The notes under the pieces are model-generated. The model did not search any database and had not been told where the DNA came from. It worked only from the letters and a program-made list of their open reading frames with translations. Positions 13,818 to 25,994 of a DNA stretch of 64,000 nucleotides are shown piece after piece (the first letter of the stretch is position 1; each line of letters opens with the position of its first letter). This DNA is from Felis catus. Taxonomy: Eukaryota. The position numbers and the translations under genes were made by a program. Location: positions 236,036,001 through 236,100,000 of the forward strand of contig NC_058368.1 of assembly GCF_018350175.1 (NCBI RefSeq). The letters are read 5' to 3'.

Positions 13818-14301
13818 AAAAGTTGTACTTCCAGAAGCTTCCTATCTACCCTATTTACCCAACACTAGAATTATTTCAGTTTGTTTTAGGTTCGGCTTTT
13901 CCACTGTTTCTTTCAGCAAAAGTAATCAGATGTGGGCGTTAGGTTTTAATCTTCTTCCTTTGTTACACAGAACGTAGCAAAATAAATGTCCTTCTGTCAT
14001 CTGGTCTTGTGTTAACCTCTATCACTCAACACTAGTCTCTCTCATTCTTTTTGCCCCAGCACATGTGTCCTTGGGTGGAGAAGAAACGTCTTCCTCCCTT
14101 TACCACAAGTGCACTCTCCAGGCTCCTTCCTCTCATGTTTCTATACTTGCTCTCAAGAATTGGGAGCAACTCGATTTCTTTCCTTATAAGTGAGTTGGAC
14201 TTTATATATGAGAGTTCACAAATTTTTCTGCATAACTTTAAAGTTAACTAGATGTATTAAAGGTCAATTTACTTATTTGTTTGCTTATTTATTGAGAAAT
14301 G

Positions 14302-14489
14302 TTTTTTTTTTTTAAGTTTACTTATATTTGGGGGGGAGCAGAGAAGGAGGGAGAGAGAGGATTCCAAGCAGGCTCCACACGGCCAGCACAGAGCCCAACG
14401 CAGGGCTTGAACTCATGAACTGTGAGACCATGACCTGAGCCGAAATCAAGCGTCAGAGGCTTAACTGACTGAGCCACCCAGGCGCCCCC
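14302..14489 (-). mobile_element. Can-SINE
   Basis: T-tail; body ending gagccacccaggcgcccc. Confidence 0.94.
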
Positions 14490-14518
14490 TAAAGGTTGTT
14501 TTAGAATTGATCTTTCTG

Positions 14519-14758
14519 TCTCCAGTTCCATCCACATGGGGGAGGGGAAGGAAAAAAAAAAAGAGGTTAGAGAGGGAGGGAGCCAAACCATAAGAAACTC
14601 TTAAAAACTGAGAATAAACTGAGGGTTGATGGGGGGTGGGAGGGTGGGGAGGGTGGGTGAAGGGCATCGAGGAGGGCACCTGTTGGAATGAGCAATGGGT
14701 GTTGTATGGAAACCAATTTGACAATAAATTTCATATTAAAAAAAATAAAAAAATAAAA
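14519..14758 (+). mobile_element. Short felid L1 3'-end insertion with a small 5' inverted segment
   Basis: L1 3' UTR (gagggagggagccaaaccataag...aaccaatttgacaataaatttcatatt) plus poly(A); 16-bp TSD AGAATTGATCTTTCTG at 14503-14518 and 14759-14774. Confidence 0.95.
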
Positions 14759-14847
14759 AGAATTGATCTTTCTGGGTCAAACTTTCCAAGTCTGTGATGG
14801 GCTCCTTAATATGTAGATTCAAGTTTCCTTTGATTGAAGGAAAGTGT

Positions 14848-14848
14848 T

Positions 14849-14880
<32 letters not shown>
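14848..14880 (+). repeat. (TG)n microsatellite
   Basis: Seen directly. Confidence 0.9.
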
Positions 14881-15323
14881 TGCAGTTTTAGATATTAATT
14901 CTGTTCCATGGTCATGCTTGTCCTCAGGAGGGTGTAGATTAATTACACCGATTATGCATCTACGGGAACCCCTTCACATGTCTTCCCCATAAGTTTCTGA
15001 ATCTGTTGGGAGCACTCTTGATTCTGTTTAATTTTCTTAGCATTCTCATTTATATTCTCTATTTCTAATTCTGTATTTGCAGTCACACACGCCCTACCCC
15101 TGGAACATGGTATTTAGTCCTAATTTCTTGTTCACACTTCTCTTTTCCTCCAACAATTTCCTAGGCAAATGAGCTCCCACTTTGCATTTCCCCTGCCTTT
15201 TCCCAGTACCGGAGTAACATTTTCAATTGATGCTTTAAAATACCTCCTGCCTTTGTATTAATAATCACTGTATTTTAAGGTTTAGATGATCTGTCTTTAT
15301 GTTTTCCTCTGCTCCATGGCATG

Positions 15324-15325
<2 letters not shown>

Positions 15326-15360
<35 letters not shown>
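15326..15360 (+). repeat. (TG)n microsatellite
   Basis: Seen directly. Confidence 0.95.
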
Positions 15361-15363
<3 letters not shown>

Positions 15364-15559
15364 TCTCCCGTTCTAAAAAGTATTGGGTCTGACTTCCTTT
15401 TTTAAAAAATTCTAGTATCTTCTTCTCTTGCTGTGACACAGAGTGATTTTAAGATGGATGGGCACACTGATTTGTGTCTTTTCTGATTCTTTGTTACTAT
15501 GTTGCTTCAGGTGCTGTATTATTTCTCTTTACCCAGATTAAAGAAAAAAAAATCACAGG

Positions 15560-16320
15560 GTGCCAGAAATGACTTTACATATTGGTGAATAATAATTGAT
15601 CAAAAGCTAGAAAAAACTTCAGCACAGGCATAATTGTAAGTAAAACTGAAATTTTAAATTGAATAAACAGAGATGAATGAAAAATAAATCTTAACTAATG
15701 CTTTACAAATTGATATTTAGAGGATATAATAGGAAGCATATGAAAGATTTCAATAACAGGTCAATAAGCCCTATCTAAAAATATATAGATATTTATTTTC
15801 AGTAAATAAAAGCTGCACATCTTTGTGTGTTTTGAAGGTAGACCATGTGTTCAGGAACAAAAGACTGGCTGTGTTCTAAATGATCAATATCGTATCTATT
15901 CCCTCACTGCAAAGCTGAAACAAATGTTTCCATGTGTTTCAAAGCATCAAACCAATTACTAAATAAGCCTGGAGTTAAGGAAAAAAACAAGGGCAAAAGA
16001 CAAATAACTTTGGACGCTGAGGATACATTTGAAATAGAAACTGGACATACATTTTGAACTTTAAACTTTTGAAGAAAAAAATGGAAGTATAATAAAGAAG
16101 CCAAGCATACACTTGAAAACCTAGAGAAACCCAAAAGTAGTAAGTTAAAAAAAAAAAAGCATAACAATTTTAAGGCTCACAGACAACTTTAAAGAACAGA
16201 CAATAAACGATCATAACAAAAACAACTACTTTTAATGTTTGAGAAAATAAAAGTACTAATTAAGAAAAATAATGAAAGTAAACTAAATGTTGAGCTTTTA
16301 TAAGGTCTGGCTAAAGATGT
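15560..16320 (+). mobile_element. Highly degraded old L1 ORF2-region fragment
   Basis: Strong A-rich strand bias with weak ORF2-like remnants (gatttcaataac; tagaccatgtgttcagg). Confidence 0.4.
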
Positions 16321-16639
16321 AGAATAAATGGAATAGTTTTGTCCTAAAATAGCAGGAAAGTAGTGGCCACTGTCATTTCAGCAGCCCCCCAGAACCATCG
16401 AAGATAAACAGCAAAGCAAAACAAAACCCAATAAGGATGAAACAAACAAGCAAACAAACAAAAAACCCACATTGTCCTGTTTATCTCACCCTCTTCAAGC
16501 AGACTCCTGTGTATGGTTTTTCTTCCGCTGTAGATGAGCGGGCAGCCAAGGGAACACATCAGTGTCGACGGGGCTGTTGACGAAGAATGGCCTATGTCAC
16601 TCCCTCACCCAAAAGCTATAGTTAATTTTTGTTTGTTTT

Positions 16640-16940
16640 GTTTTTTAAAGCCTCTACTTGTTAGAGCCTATTTGGGTTCCGAGCAAAATTAAGAAGAAAG
16701 TGCGAACCTCCTCTCAAGACACACAGGACGTGCCCCCTACGGTCAACATCCCTTGCCGGGTGATACCTTTACTCCGATGATTCTACATTGACTGACCATC
16801 ATCCCATCGTCGCCAAAGCCTGTGGCTTACACGGCTTACATTAGGGTCCACTCGCGATCTGGAACAGTCAATGGCTTTGGAGAAACGTACAGTGACACAA
16901 AGCCACCAGTACAGTCTCATAGACGGTAGTTTCTCTGCTG
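16640..16940 (-). mobile_element. Old L1M (L1MC-type) 3' end fragment
   Basis: gagcaaaattaagaagaaag...tcaacatccc...ctacattgac...ttacattagggtccactc...gtagtttctctgct. Confidence 0.7.
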
Positions 16941-18579
16941 TATTTCCATCATGTAAGAAAATGTCCTTTTCTGGTGAGCAGAAAATATGCAAGGAAGTAC
17001 TCATGTGTGACGGAGCATCAGCTCAGTAACTTCCTCTCAGATGTTTCAAGAATAAAAGGTATTTGAACCGTACTTTTAACGTGGCTCTAGGTTCTGAATT
17101 ATTTTAAAATCTAGAAATAATAATACAGGTATGCTTTTCCTAGTCATTTAAAATGCTGTCTTATATTAGCCGCCCTGTCAGAATTTTCCAGCATGTTTGA
17201 GGTGCTGAGGTACTATTTTTACTCGCTTGTTAAGTGGATAAAGTGGCCCATGCGTTCAGTCATCAATATAACTTCCTCATAACTGAGAATTTGCAAGAAA
17301 ATACTGACTAGGATTAGATGCCGATGTACTGTAGAGTCAAATTTTATTTCCGCGACTCTGAACACGTTCAAGAAACACCTGCTGAGAGAGGCTAGCTTGT
17401 GCTATGGCAGCATAATGGAAGAGTCCATGAGTTTCTAGAAGGGGTGAGTGTTCACGCAGTCCTTTTGAGAATGTTAGGACTGGGTTAGCACACTGCTTGC
17501 TAATTGTCCAGTGGAAGGAAGCACCGAAAATGCCCCGATGTAATTATTGCTTACAGCCTGCCTGCTGTGAAAGCATCATTTGAGCGACTCTGTTTGTTGT
17601 TGATACTTGAGAGAACACCTTCCAAAGAATGCAAGGCACATAATTACCAGCCTTTAGTGCAAACCCTTTCGGAGAAATTCTCACTTAAATCCACTCTTTA
17701 GAGGCAAATTGCAAAGGGGCTTGTAATTAGATGAGCTGCTCTTTTGACATGAACCAACATAGATAATGCTCGATAATTAGTAGATAATTTTCTAGGTATT
17801 CCTGGCACTGAATGCTAAAAGCAAAATTAAGTCAGGCAAAGCACTCTGAGAATTGCCTGTGGCCAGTGAGGTGTCAGTGTTAACTGGGAAGAGAGTGGAG
17901 GGGGTTTTTAGTCTGGAATTGAATTACTCTCTTTCCATTGTCCGCTTAATGCCTGGGCTGATGATGGCCAATAGCGGAGATAATTTGGTAATTGAAAGAC
18001 GATTCGTGATGCCAGTAATTTATGGAAAACAGTGCTTAGCTTTAATCACTGGCTTCAGTAAATACTTGAATTGTGGTCAGCGGTGGGATAGAGGAGTTTA
18101 GGAAGCTTTTTTGACAACCCCACACGCGGGTCAACAATTTTCAGAGGTGTTACTTCATCTAGTGAACTGCTAATTGGTATATTCGTGTCCCTGTTCCGAG
18201 AAACAACTTGATTGGGGTGGGAACCAAACACGCAGGGCTCGGAGAGTCTCCTGCATGTCTATGTTCAGGAACTAAAACGTTACCTCAAGATTCCTCCCAA
18301 AATGTCACCAAAGAGACGCCTTAATTACATGTCTGTAATTTGAAAAATGTGTTAAGACAGAAATGGGTCAAGTGTAGGAAAAAGTGGAAAAAAAAAAACT
18401 CATGAGAGGAGATCAGAGGAAAGCAACTTAAGACTTTCATTTGTTGAGATTTCTGGAGAACGGCTCCATCCATCACATTAGCCCACTAATGATGGGATGC
18501 TCTGGCTAGGCTGTGTGGATTTGAGCCCCATCCCACACCCATCATCCGTGTGTCTGCTGTAAAAGCGCATTTATTTGGT

Positions 18580-18790
18580 TGGGAGCTAGGAACTTCAGTT
18601 CCAAGTCCGGTTTTAGCACATATTCGCTGCACGAGCAAGGTATTCAATGATCCTTCCCTACTGCTCGGCTTCCTAATCCCTGAAAATGGAATGATATCCA
18701 TGCCTCCATGACACGTGACCGAAACAAGACCAGGTCTTCTATGTTGGAACTGTGGAAGGTTATTATGCAAATGTGAACATTCTCCCCATT
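18580..18790 (+). mobile_element. MIR-family relic
   Basis: Core-like ctcggcttcctaatccctgaaaatggaatgatat. Confidence 0.5.
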
Positions 18791-19814
18791 ACTATCATAG
18801 TGTGCGGAAGCCAGGGAATGAAAAGATTGACTGGGAATCAATCGGGTCAGAAGAGATTACAATAAATGCTGAAAGTGTCTTGAGATGTTTTGTCAAGGAC
18901 ACCTGTTCTCGTATGTACAATCGCCTAGCCCCCAAGGAATCAGAATCGCCTTCAGCAACTTCCTGCTCCCTGGGCATCTTCCCATCCCCCCACTCTTCCT
19001 GGGCATGATCTCCACTGCCCCATCCTTCACAGTCTCCCCTTTGAGGGCTACAAGCCCTTCCTGTTTCGTTGGCCTGTCCTCGCTGCACCCTTTCAAGAGG
19101 CTCTCCCAACCGGTTTAGTTGCGAAATTCTGCATAATCGCTACACTAAACTTAAAATAATTGGGTCTGCAGTCTTGGGCTACATCTCATGCCATCTCATG
19201 AATTTGCATCTCATGCCAACACAGACGACTCAGGCAGGAAACAGAGACTTTTAAATTGTGAACAGTTTCAGAATGGGACGCACGGCCACTTGACTTGCTT
19301 TTTGTGGGTGTTTCTATGTATTGCACGTGGGGTTCGGGATCTGATTTGGGCACCGGGGTCCCGGGCCGCAGCCGGGACAGGGACAGAGCTCTAAGGGAGC
19401 TCACAGCGAGAACCACTGACCTGGAAGGAAGGCAGAATTGTCTCCAATACCACTGTTAGCTCATCTTTCCATTTAGCCTCCCCATGAAGAGCTGTCTGGC
19501 AGGACAGACCGTCCTGGGGCTGGGGTGCTCCACGAGCCCTGCAGGCACAGAATCTATGACTTGTGTGTGCATCTCTGCCTGACCTCGATGCCCGTGGACA
19601 CAGCTGGGGGTGGGATGACATCGGGGTTGGGTGGACTCTGGGGTGACAGGTGGCCCCTCTCACCCACTACAGCCATGGCAGGAGCAGGTGAGAGCGTCAT
19701 CCAGGTAGTGTGGTTTCTTGGAGGTGAAAACCACCCTTTACATTTCCAAACACATTCTCGTCTCCTTTAGGTTGAAACATCAAAATGAGCTTAAAGGCGT
19801 TGAAAAGAAGTAAA

Positions 19815-20053
19815 GGGGCACCTGGGTGGCTCAGTGGGTTAAGCACCAGGTCATAGCTTCATAGTTCATGGGTCACAATTGGCTGAGGTCATAGTCTCAT
19901 GGTTTATGGGTGCCAGCCCCACGTCGGGCTCCGTGCTGACAGCTCAGAGCCTGGAGCCTGCTTTGGATTCTGTGTCTCCCTCTCTCTCTGCCCCTCCTCT
20001 GCTACCGCTCTGTCTATCTCTCTCAAAAATAAATAAACACACACACACAAAAA
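19815..20053 (+). mobile_element. Can-SINE with an internal ~26-bp duplication
   Basis: TSD GAAAAGAAGTAAA at 19802-19814 and 20054-20066; aggtcatagcttcatagttcatgggt and aggtcatagtctcatggtttatgggt in the head. Confidence 0.95.
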
Positions 20054-20255
20054 GAAAAGAAGTAAAATGTTTCTGTTAGTGGGTAGGTGAACTTGAGCCC
20101 TGTGGGCTCTTTCAGAATAATTCAGCATGTGCTGAGATTACGCATACCTAGGAGAGAGGATTCTTCCTAAGGAGGAGGTCAAGTTCTCACACTCCTTCCC
20201 CAGGTGTTCCAAACCCAGAGTTGGGCAGGTTTTTTTTTCTTCCAGTTACAAAGGT

Positions 20256-20403
20256 TTATCCATTTGTATCCATATTATTTCATTATATTATATATATTAT
20301 TATTATATATATATTATATATAATAATATATATTATTATATAAGTTATATATAATAATTATATATATATATTATTATCCATTTGTATCCATATTATTTCA
20401 TTA
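20256..20403. repeat. AT-only tract flanked by perfect 30-bp direct repeats
   Basis: TTATCCATTTGTATCCATATTATTTCATTA at 20256-20285 and 20374-20403. Confidence 0.92.
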
Positions 20404-20482
20404 CAACCTGGAATTACTTGGAGGCCATGCTTACTCATCATCATTATTTAGCACCTTCAGTCAGGTTCGAGATCAAGGGCAC

Positions 20483-20860
20483 TGTCATGGACTGAACGTT
20501 TGCGTCCCCTTCCCCCAAATTCCCAGGCTCAAGTCCTAACCCTAAGGCAATGGTGGTATTCAGGGTTGGGGCCGTCGGGGATAACCATGTATAGATGCAG
20601 TCATGAGGGTGGGGGCCCTTGTGATGGGATTAGCACCCTCATAAGGAGAAGACGAAAAACCAGGGTGCCTCCCCTCTCTCTCCCGACCTTTGTGCCTCTC
20701 TCTCAGCCCCGTGGGGAGACACTGATAGGTGGCTGTCTGCAAGCCAGGCCCTCACGGAACCGCATCGCCACGGTACCCTGACCTTGAACTTCTGCCACCA
20801 GAACTGTGAACAACATGTGTCTGCTGTTTCAGCCACCAGAAATTGTTAGAGCCGGCAGCC
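20483..20860 (+). mobile_element. MLT1A-like LTR
   Basis: Starts tgtcatggactgaacgtttgcgtcccc; catgagggtgggggcccttgtgatgggattag; ccagaactgtga. Confidence 0.88.
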
Positions 20861-21232
20861 TCCTCCAGCCACTCTTAACAAAACACCGCAGGTCGGTGGG
20901 GGGGGGGGTGTTAAACGACATGATTTGCTTCTCACTTGTGGAGGCTGGACGTCCAAGGTCAGGGCGCAGGCTGATTTGGTGTCTGTAGAGAACTCACGCT
21001 CGGCTTACAGATGGCCACCTTCTCTCCCCATGTCCTCACGTGGCTGAGAGCGAGCTCCAACTTCTCCTTCTCTCCTTCTAGGGACACAAGGCCCTCCTGG
21101 GAGCCCTACCCTCATCACCTCATCAAAACCTAATCACCTCCCAATGGCTCCGCCTCCTAATACTGTCACAGTGGGAGTCAGGGCTTCAACACATGAACTG
21201 GGGGGAATGTGACGCATGTATTCAGGCCCATA
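20861..21232 (-). mobile_element. MLT1A-like LTR (opposite orientation)
   Basis: tggaggctggacgtccaaggtcaggg; accctcatcacctcatcaaaacctaatcacctccca; gcttcaacacatgaactgggggg. Confidence 0.88.
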
Positions 21233-21891
21233 TTTTAAGAATACATTTTGTTTCATTGAAGAAGACAGTTTGTTAATGAAAAGCCATTTTCATTGGGGAA
21301 AGAGCTATTTGGTGGGGAGAGAGCTATTGCCCTGCCCTCCATTCACCAACTGAGTTGGGGGAGCTTGTCAGGAGGACCAGGGGACAGTCATCTGGAGGAC
21401 AATGGGGCTGGGGGGAGTTGAGGTTTGGGACCAGGCTGCAGGAGGTGAGAGGGGCAAGTGTGACCCACGAGCTCCCACTACCGGAAATTCTTGCCCGGCT
21501 GCACGCTGCCTTCCCCGGGGACGGGCTTCAGCGAGGGCTCGACCCCAGACCTGGAGAAGAAGGATCTCCTGTGGTCTCAGGTAAGGTCTCAGTCCCACCC
21601 CTGGTTCTCCCTCCAGAACAGCAGGCAGGTGGTTGATGTTTGGAGACCTTGCAGGGTTCAAGAGGGACCCTCCAGTAAGACTCCAGGGAGGTGAGGGGCC
21701 GGCGGGCTGGTCCCCTGTGCTGCTGGACCCCATTCACTGAGAAGTTAAGAACAAGTCACACAGAAAAACAAAATTCTGCAGGTTTGTGGTTCTGGAAGGA
21801 AAGCCTGGAAACACGCCTCTAACTTTGGAAAGCCAGACTGGATTTTTCCATTTTTTTTTTCCCTTTCTGCCATCTTCTATCCAGTTTCTTT

Positions 21892-22099
21892 ATTTTTTAA
21901 ACGTGCTTATTTATTTTTGAGAGAGAGCGAGAGAGATCACGAGCAGGGGAGGGGCAGAGAGAGAGGGTGTAGGCTCAAGTAGGCTCCCCACTGTCAGCAC
22001 AGAGCCCAGCATGGGACTCGAACGCACGAACCGGGAGATCCTGACCTAAACCAAAATCAAGAGTCCCGCGCTTAAGTGACTGAGCCCCCCAGGTGTCCC
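21892..22099 (-). mobile_element. Can-SINE
   Basis: T-tail, (AG)n, SINE body. Confidence 0.93.
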
Positions 22100-22757
22100 T
22101 GGTTTCTTTGTTTTTAAAGCAACTGTTCTTGTGGGAGGTGCCTCTGGGATAAGCAACTGGACCGATGGCCTCCTGTCCTCCGCAGGCACGGACACAGCTC
22201 TGTGGCCAGGCCTGTGCTGTTTGGAGGGGTGACTGGGTGATATTTGCCCCCACCTCCGTCTTCCGCGGGTGGCTCTCTGTCTGCACGTCCTGGCCCACGG
22301 CTCCCAGACGGCTTACTGCTGCAGAGGGGAGGTGGCCGCTCCGGGAAGGGCTGCTGAGCAGAGAAGGATCGGCCCGAGCCTCGAGCTTTGCCCCCAGTGG
22401 CTCCGGCGGCTGTGTGGGGGCCATGGTGAGCCCCCGGACCTCTCCCGGAAGCGAGGATTTTAATAAGCCTAACCTTTCTCATGCACGCTATTTGATACAA
22501 ACTGGACTCATTAGTTTACAAAAAAAAAATGGACCTGGAGGTTGACGTATACGATTTTGGAGGCTCTTATGAATTGAGATGCATCAAAACAAGAAGGTCG
22601 TCCTGAAGCCACTTTCAACAGCATCATCTCGCAGTGCAGTGGGGTGACCTCCCTGCTCGCGGCCTGCCGGTCCCGGAGGTGACAGCACGCCCCAGGGCCA
22701 TGGTTTCTGAATCCTTGTGGCCGGAAAGTGTAGGCGGCGCTTGAAAGATAACTCCTG

Positions 22758-22962
22758 TTTTATGTTTTTCATGTGTATTCACTTTTGAGAGAGGGCAAGC
22801 AGAGGAGGGGCAGAGAGAGAGAGAGAGAGAGGGTCAGAGGATGTGAAGCAGGCTCTGTGCGCTGATAGCAGGCAGCCTGGTGTGGGTCTCGAACTCGGGA
22901 GCCGTGAGGTCATGCCCGAGTCGAAGTTGGACGCCCACCTGACTGAGCCCCCCGGGCGCCCC
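22758..22962 (-). mobile_element. Diverged Can-SINE
   Basis: gaggggcagagagagagag...gactgagccccccgggcgcccc. Confidence 0.92.
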
Positions 22963-23419
22963 TCGAGTTAACACGTGTGCGTGTCCAGAGCTCTCGAAGA
23001 TACGCCGGTGGATGGCTGACAGACAATTCTTGGGTGTCCACGGGAGGCTGAGGACACGTCTGTGTCCCCTCCAGGCGTCCCGGACGAGGGCAGGACTGTC
23101 CCCTCTGCTCCCCTCTGCCCGGCACCAGCAACATTCCCAGCACGAGCGGGGATAACTGGTGGGGCTCACTGGGGGACTATTTCACGGGGATCACGAAGTG
23201 CCAGGCCGGGATGAGAAAGACTGAGCTGTCTGTGGGAGAACTCACCAGAACCCCAAGCTGAAAACTCTTTTTCACACGCCCTCAGAACATGTATAAAGCT
23301 TTAAAAAAAAAAAAAAGATGCCGATACATCAAGAAGACGAAAGACCTAATGTTGTCGGGAAAAATGATGAAACCGTCAACAACAAAGGTGCATTGAGATG
23401 AAAGGTGCATTGAGATGAC

Positions 23420-23630
23420 GTGGGCTTCGTGCTAAGCCTTCCAGGCGCGCTAACTCACTCACGCCGGCCGATGAGGCGCATCCTATTTTGTGCCCAGTTT
23501 ATACATGGGGAAACCAAGGCACCGAATGTTTAAGTAATTAGCCCAAGCTCGTAGACCTAATCAGAGCGATGCTGGACCGAGAAGTCAGGCGGGACGGTCC
23601 CGGAGCCCATGCACTTGACCGTCCCACCTG
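23420..23630 (-). mobile_element. MIR relic
   Basis: cccagtttatacatggggaaaccaaggcaccgaatgtttaagtaattagcccaag matches the antisense MIR core. Confidence 0.7.
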
Positions 23631-25787
23631 GCCACCACCGCAATATTGAAGGTCAAGCCAGCAGCTTCACGTGTCAGTGCTCACACTGCTGTAGTGAAGA
23701 AAGCACATTGGATTCCAGTAGGCACTTCCCTAAGCCGGCACGCACCTCTGCCCTTACTGGTTTTAGAGTCAGCACCACTGCGAAGTTCCGGAGAAGAGGG
23801 AGCAGCTGTGGAGTGCGATGAAAAGGAGGCTCCAGGCAGCCATCCTGCAGTTGTGGGCACATTCACAGGACACGTGAGATGGGGATGACTCCGGACCCGC
23901 GTCCGCGCTTACGTGACAGGGTGGGAGTGGACCACACAATGCTTCCCTTTCTCCCCCGCGGATTATTCAAATGCGGCAAGGGTGTCTCTTCTTCATCCAC
24001 GGGGACTTCGACAAGAGAACCCCGAAAAGTAGGAAGGTCCTTTATTGAGAACATACAGTATGTGTTCAGAAAACCGCACAGGCGTCTTGCGGGCTCATAA
24101 TCGATGCTAGGTGTTATTCTTAGCCGCAAGTAGTTGATTTTTTGGTGTTTCAGGTTAAGCAACAGTATAGTGCCGTTGTTAGATATTCATTCAAATGAAG
24201 GCTACATGACGCACTCGTTCTTGATGTGAAGTCGAAAAGGATAGGAGGGAAGGGCCTTTCAGAATCAGTTGCTCTCCAGAAAGAAAGCAACCCCGCGGCA
24301 GCCCTGTGTGACGCAGGGGGGCAGGAAGCCCCCGTGAGCAGCGGAGGTGAATTTGAGGATGAACTCCTTCCCCTCCACCTCTGCTCCCCGAGGGAGGGCC
24401 ACGGTCCTTGCCCACAGAGCTCCAGATGGCCTCGGGACCCGCCTCGGCTGACGACACAGGGGCAGGGCACCCGAGTCACTTCCAGGCAAGAGCACCAAAG
24501 CCCAGGAGACGGGCAGAGGTCCCCTGGCCGGGACAAGAAGGGCCATGACCCAGGAGAAAAGAACCCCGTGCTGGTTGTGGAGTGTCCACGGAGATCAGCC
24601 CCCGTGGTACAGCCACCGGGATTTTGTGGTGCTGGTTGTTGCTATGACAGCAGTGATTCTATGTGGTGACTGATGAGATCGCCACATTTGCGCCATACTG
24701 CGAGGTCCCCTCCTCACACAAAAGCTCCCCTTCTCCCTCTGCTCCCAGCCCTCCCCTCTCACCTGCCTCTTCCCTCTAAGGCCCGTCTCCTGAACCCCTG
24801 CGCCCAGGTACTCAGGTGCTGCGGGTCGTTCCCTGATTGTCATCGGGGGAGACGCTAAATGTGCAGAATTGCCTCCTCCTTAAGAGGTCAAGGTTCCCTC
24901 CGACTCACTAATTGTCTGCATGTTTAAATTGTAACCAGAGCAATAATGTGACTGAATTTTAGGACAGTAAAATAATGGTACCTGCTCTTCAATGGAAATT
25001 AAAGTCTGTTTATCTGTCGCAGGGAACGTCTTAAAGGCTCCCTTATAACCTAGCATGACGCGCCTGTCCCCTCCCTGACCTCCGTGCCTCCTCAGGAACC
25101 CCTTGTCAGCAAGGGGAACACCATCCCTCCATTGTGGGGTCTCGGACCTTCAGGGCCACACTCAACACCCAGGTCCTACCTACAAATTTTGTCTGTCCTT
25201 CTGTCCCCGCCTGAAATGGCCCCAAATCGCTACATTGCCCGCAAGGCCCATTCTGGGTGGAAATAGTGCGGCTAGGAGAGTTCTGTTAGCAATATATGAC
25301 AATTTATGACAACGCATGGTCCAGCTGAAGGTGGGAAGTCTTCCCTGAAGAGCGACCTATGGAAACCTGAAGGTTGAGAACAACCTTCTTCACTAGCATG
25401 CTAGTAATTAATCTGGAAAAATGTCACTGGAGGGTCATCGTGTTCTGGGGCACAGCACACAGTGGGAAGCCCTCCAGCTAGGCCAGCACAGGGGCAGAGG
25501 CGCTCGGCTGAGAACGGGTGACCTGAAGCTCCGTGGATGGAGCTGAACTTCTTGACTCGTTACAGTGTTTCAAATTTTCATTGTCACCGAACCCTCTGTT
25601 GCACAATGGGTTGTTGGGATGGGTGCCTGGGCTGCCCAAACACCATCTGAAATTCTTCAGGAACTTCTCTGCCATGATAACTTCCTAACCTAATCAGTTT
25701 TCCAGAAAATGAACCCAGATTTGACGATTAAATGGCGTCATCGCAGTAACTCAACTGCCTGAATTAAATAGCTACCAAAAGTTACTT

Positions 25788-25994
25788 GGGGCGCCTGGGG
25801 GGGCTCAGTCGGTCGGGCATCCGACTTTGGCTCAGGTCGTGATCTCGCCGCTTGTGAGTTGGAGCCCCGCGTCAGGCTCTGTGCGGACAGCTCGGAGCTT
25901 GGAGCCTGCTTCAGATTCTGCACCTCCCTCTCTCTCTGCCCCTTCTCTCTCTCTCTCTCTCTCTCTCCAAAATAAATAAACATTAATTTTTTTA
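25788..25994 (+). mobile_element. Can-SINE
   Basis: TSD AAAAGTTACTT at 25777-25787 and 25995-26005. Confidence 0.96.

Noticed and set aside
21491..21586. Coding exon ending at CAG|GTAAGG (…DLEKKDLLWSQ)
   Set aside because: There is no good upstream acceptor and the peptide is unrecognised.
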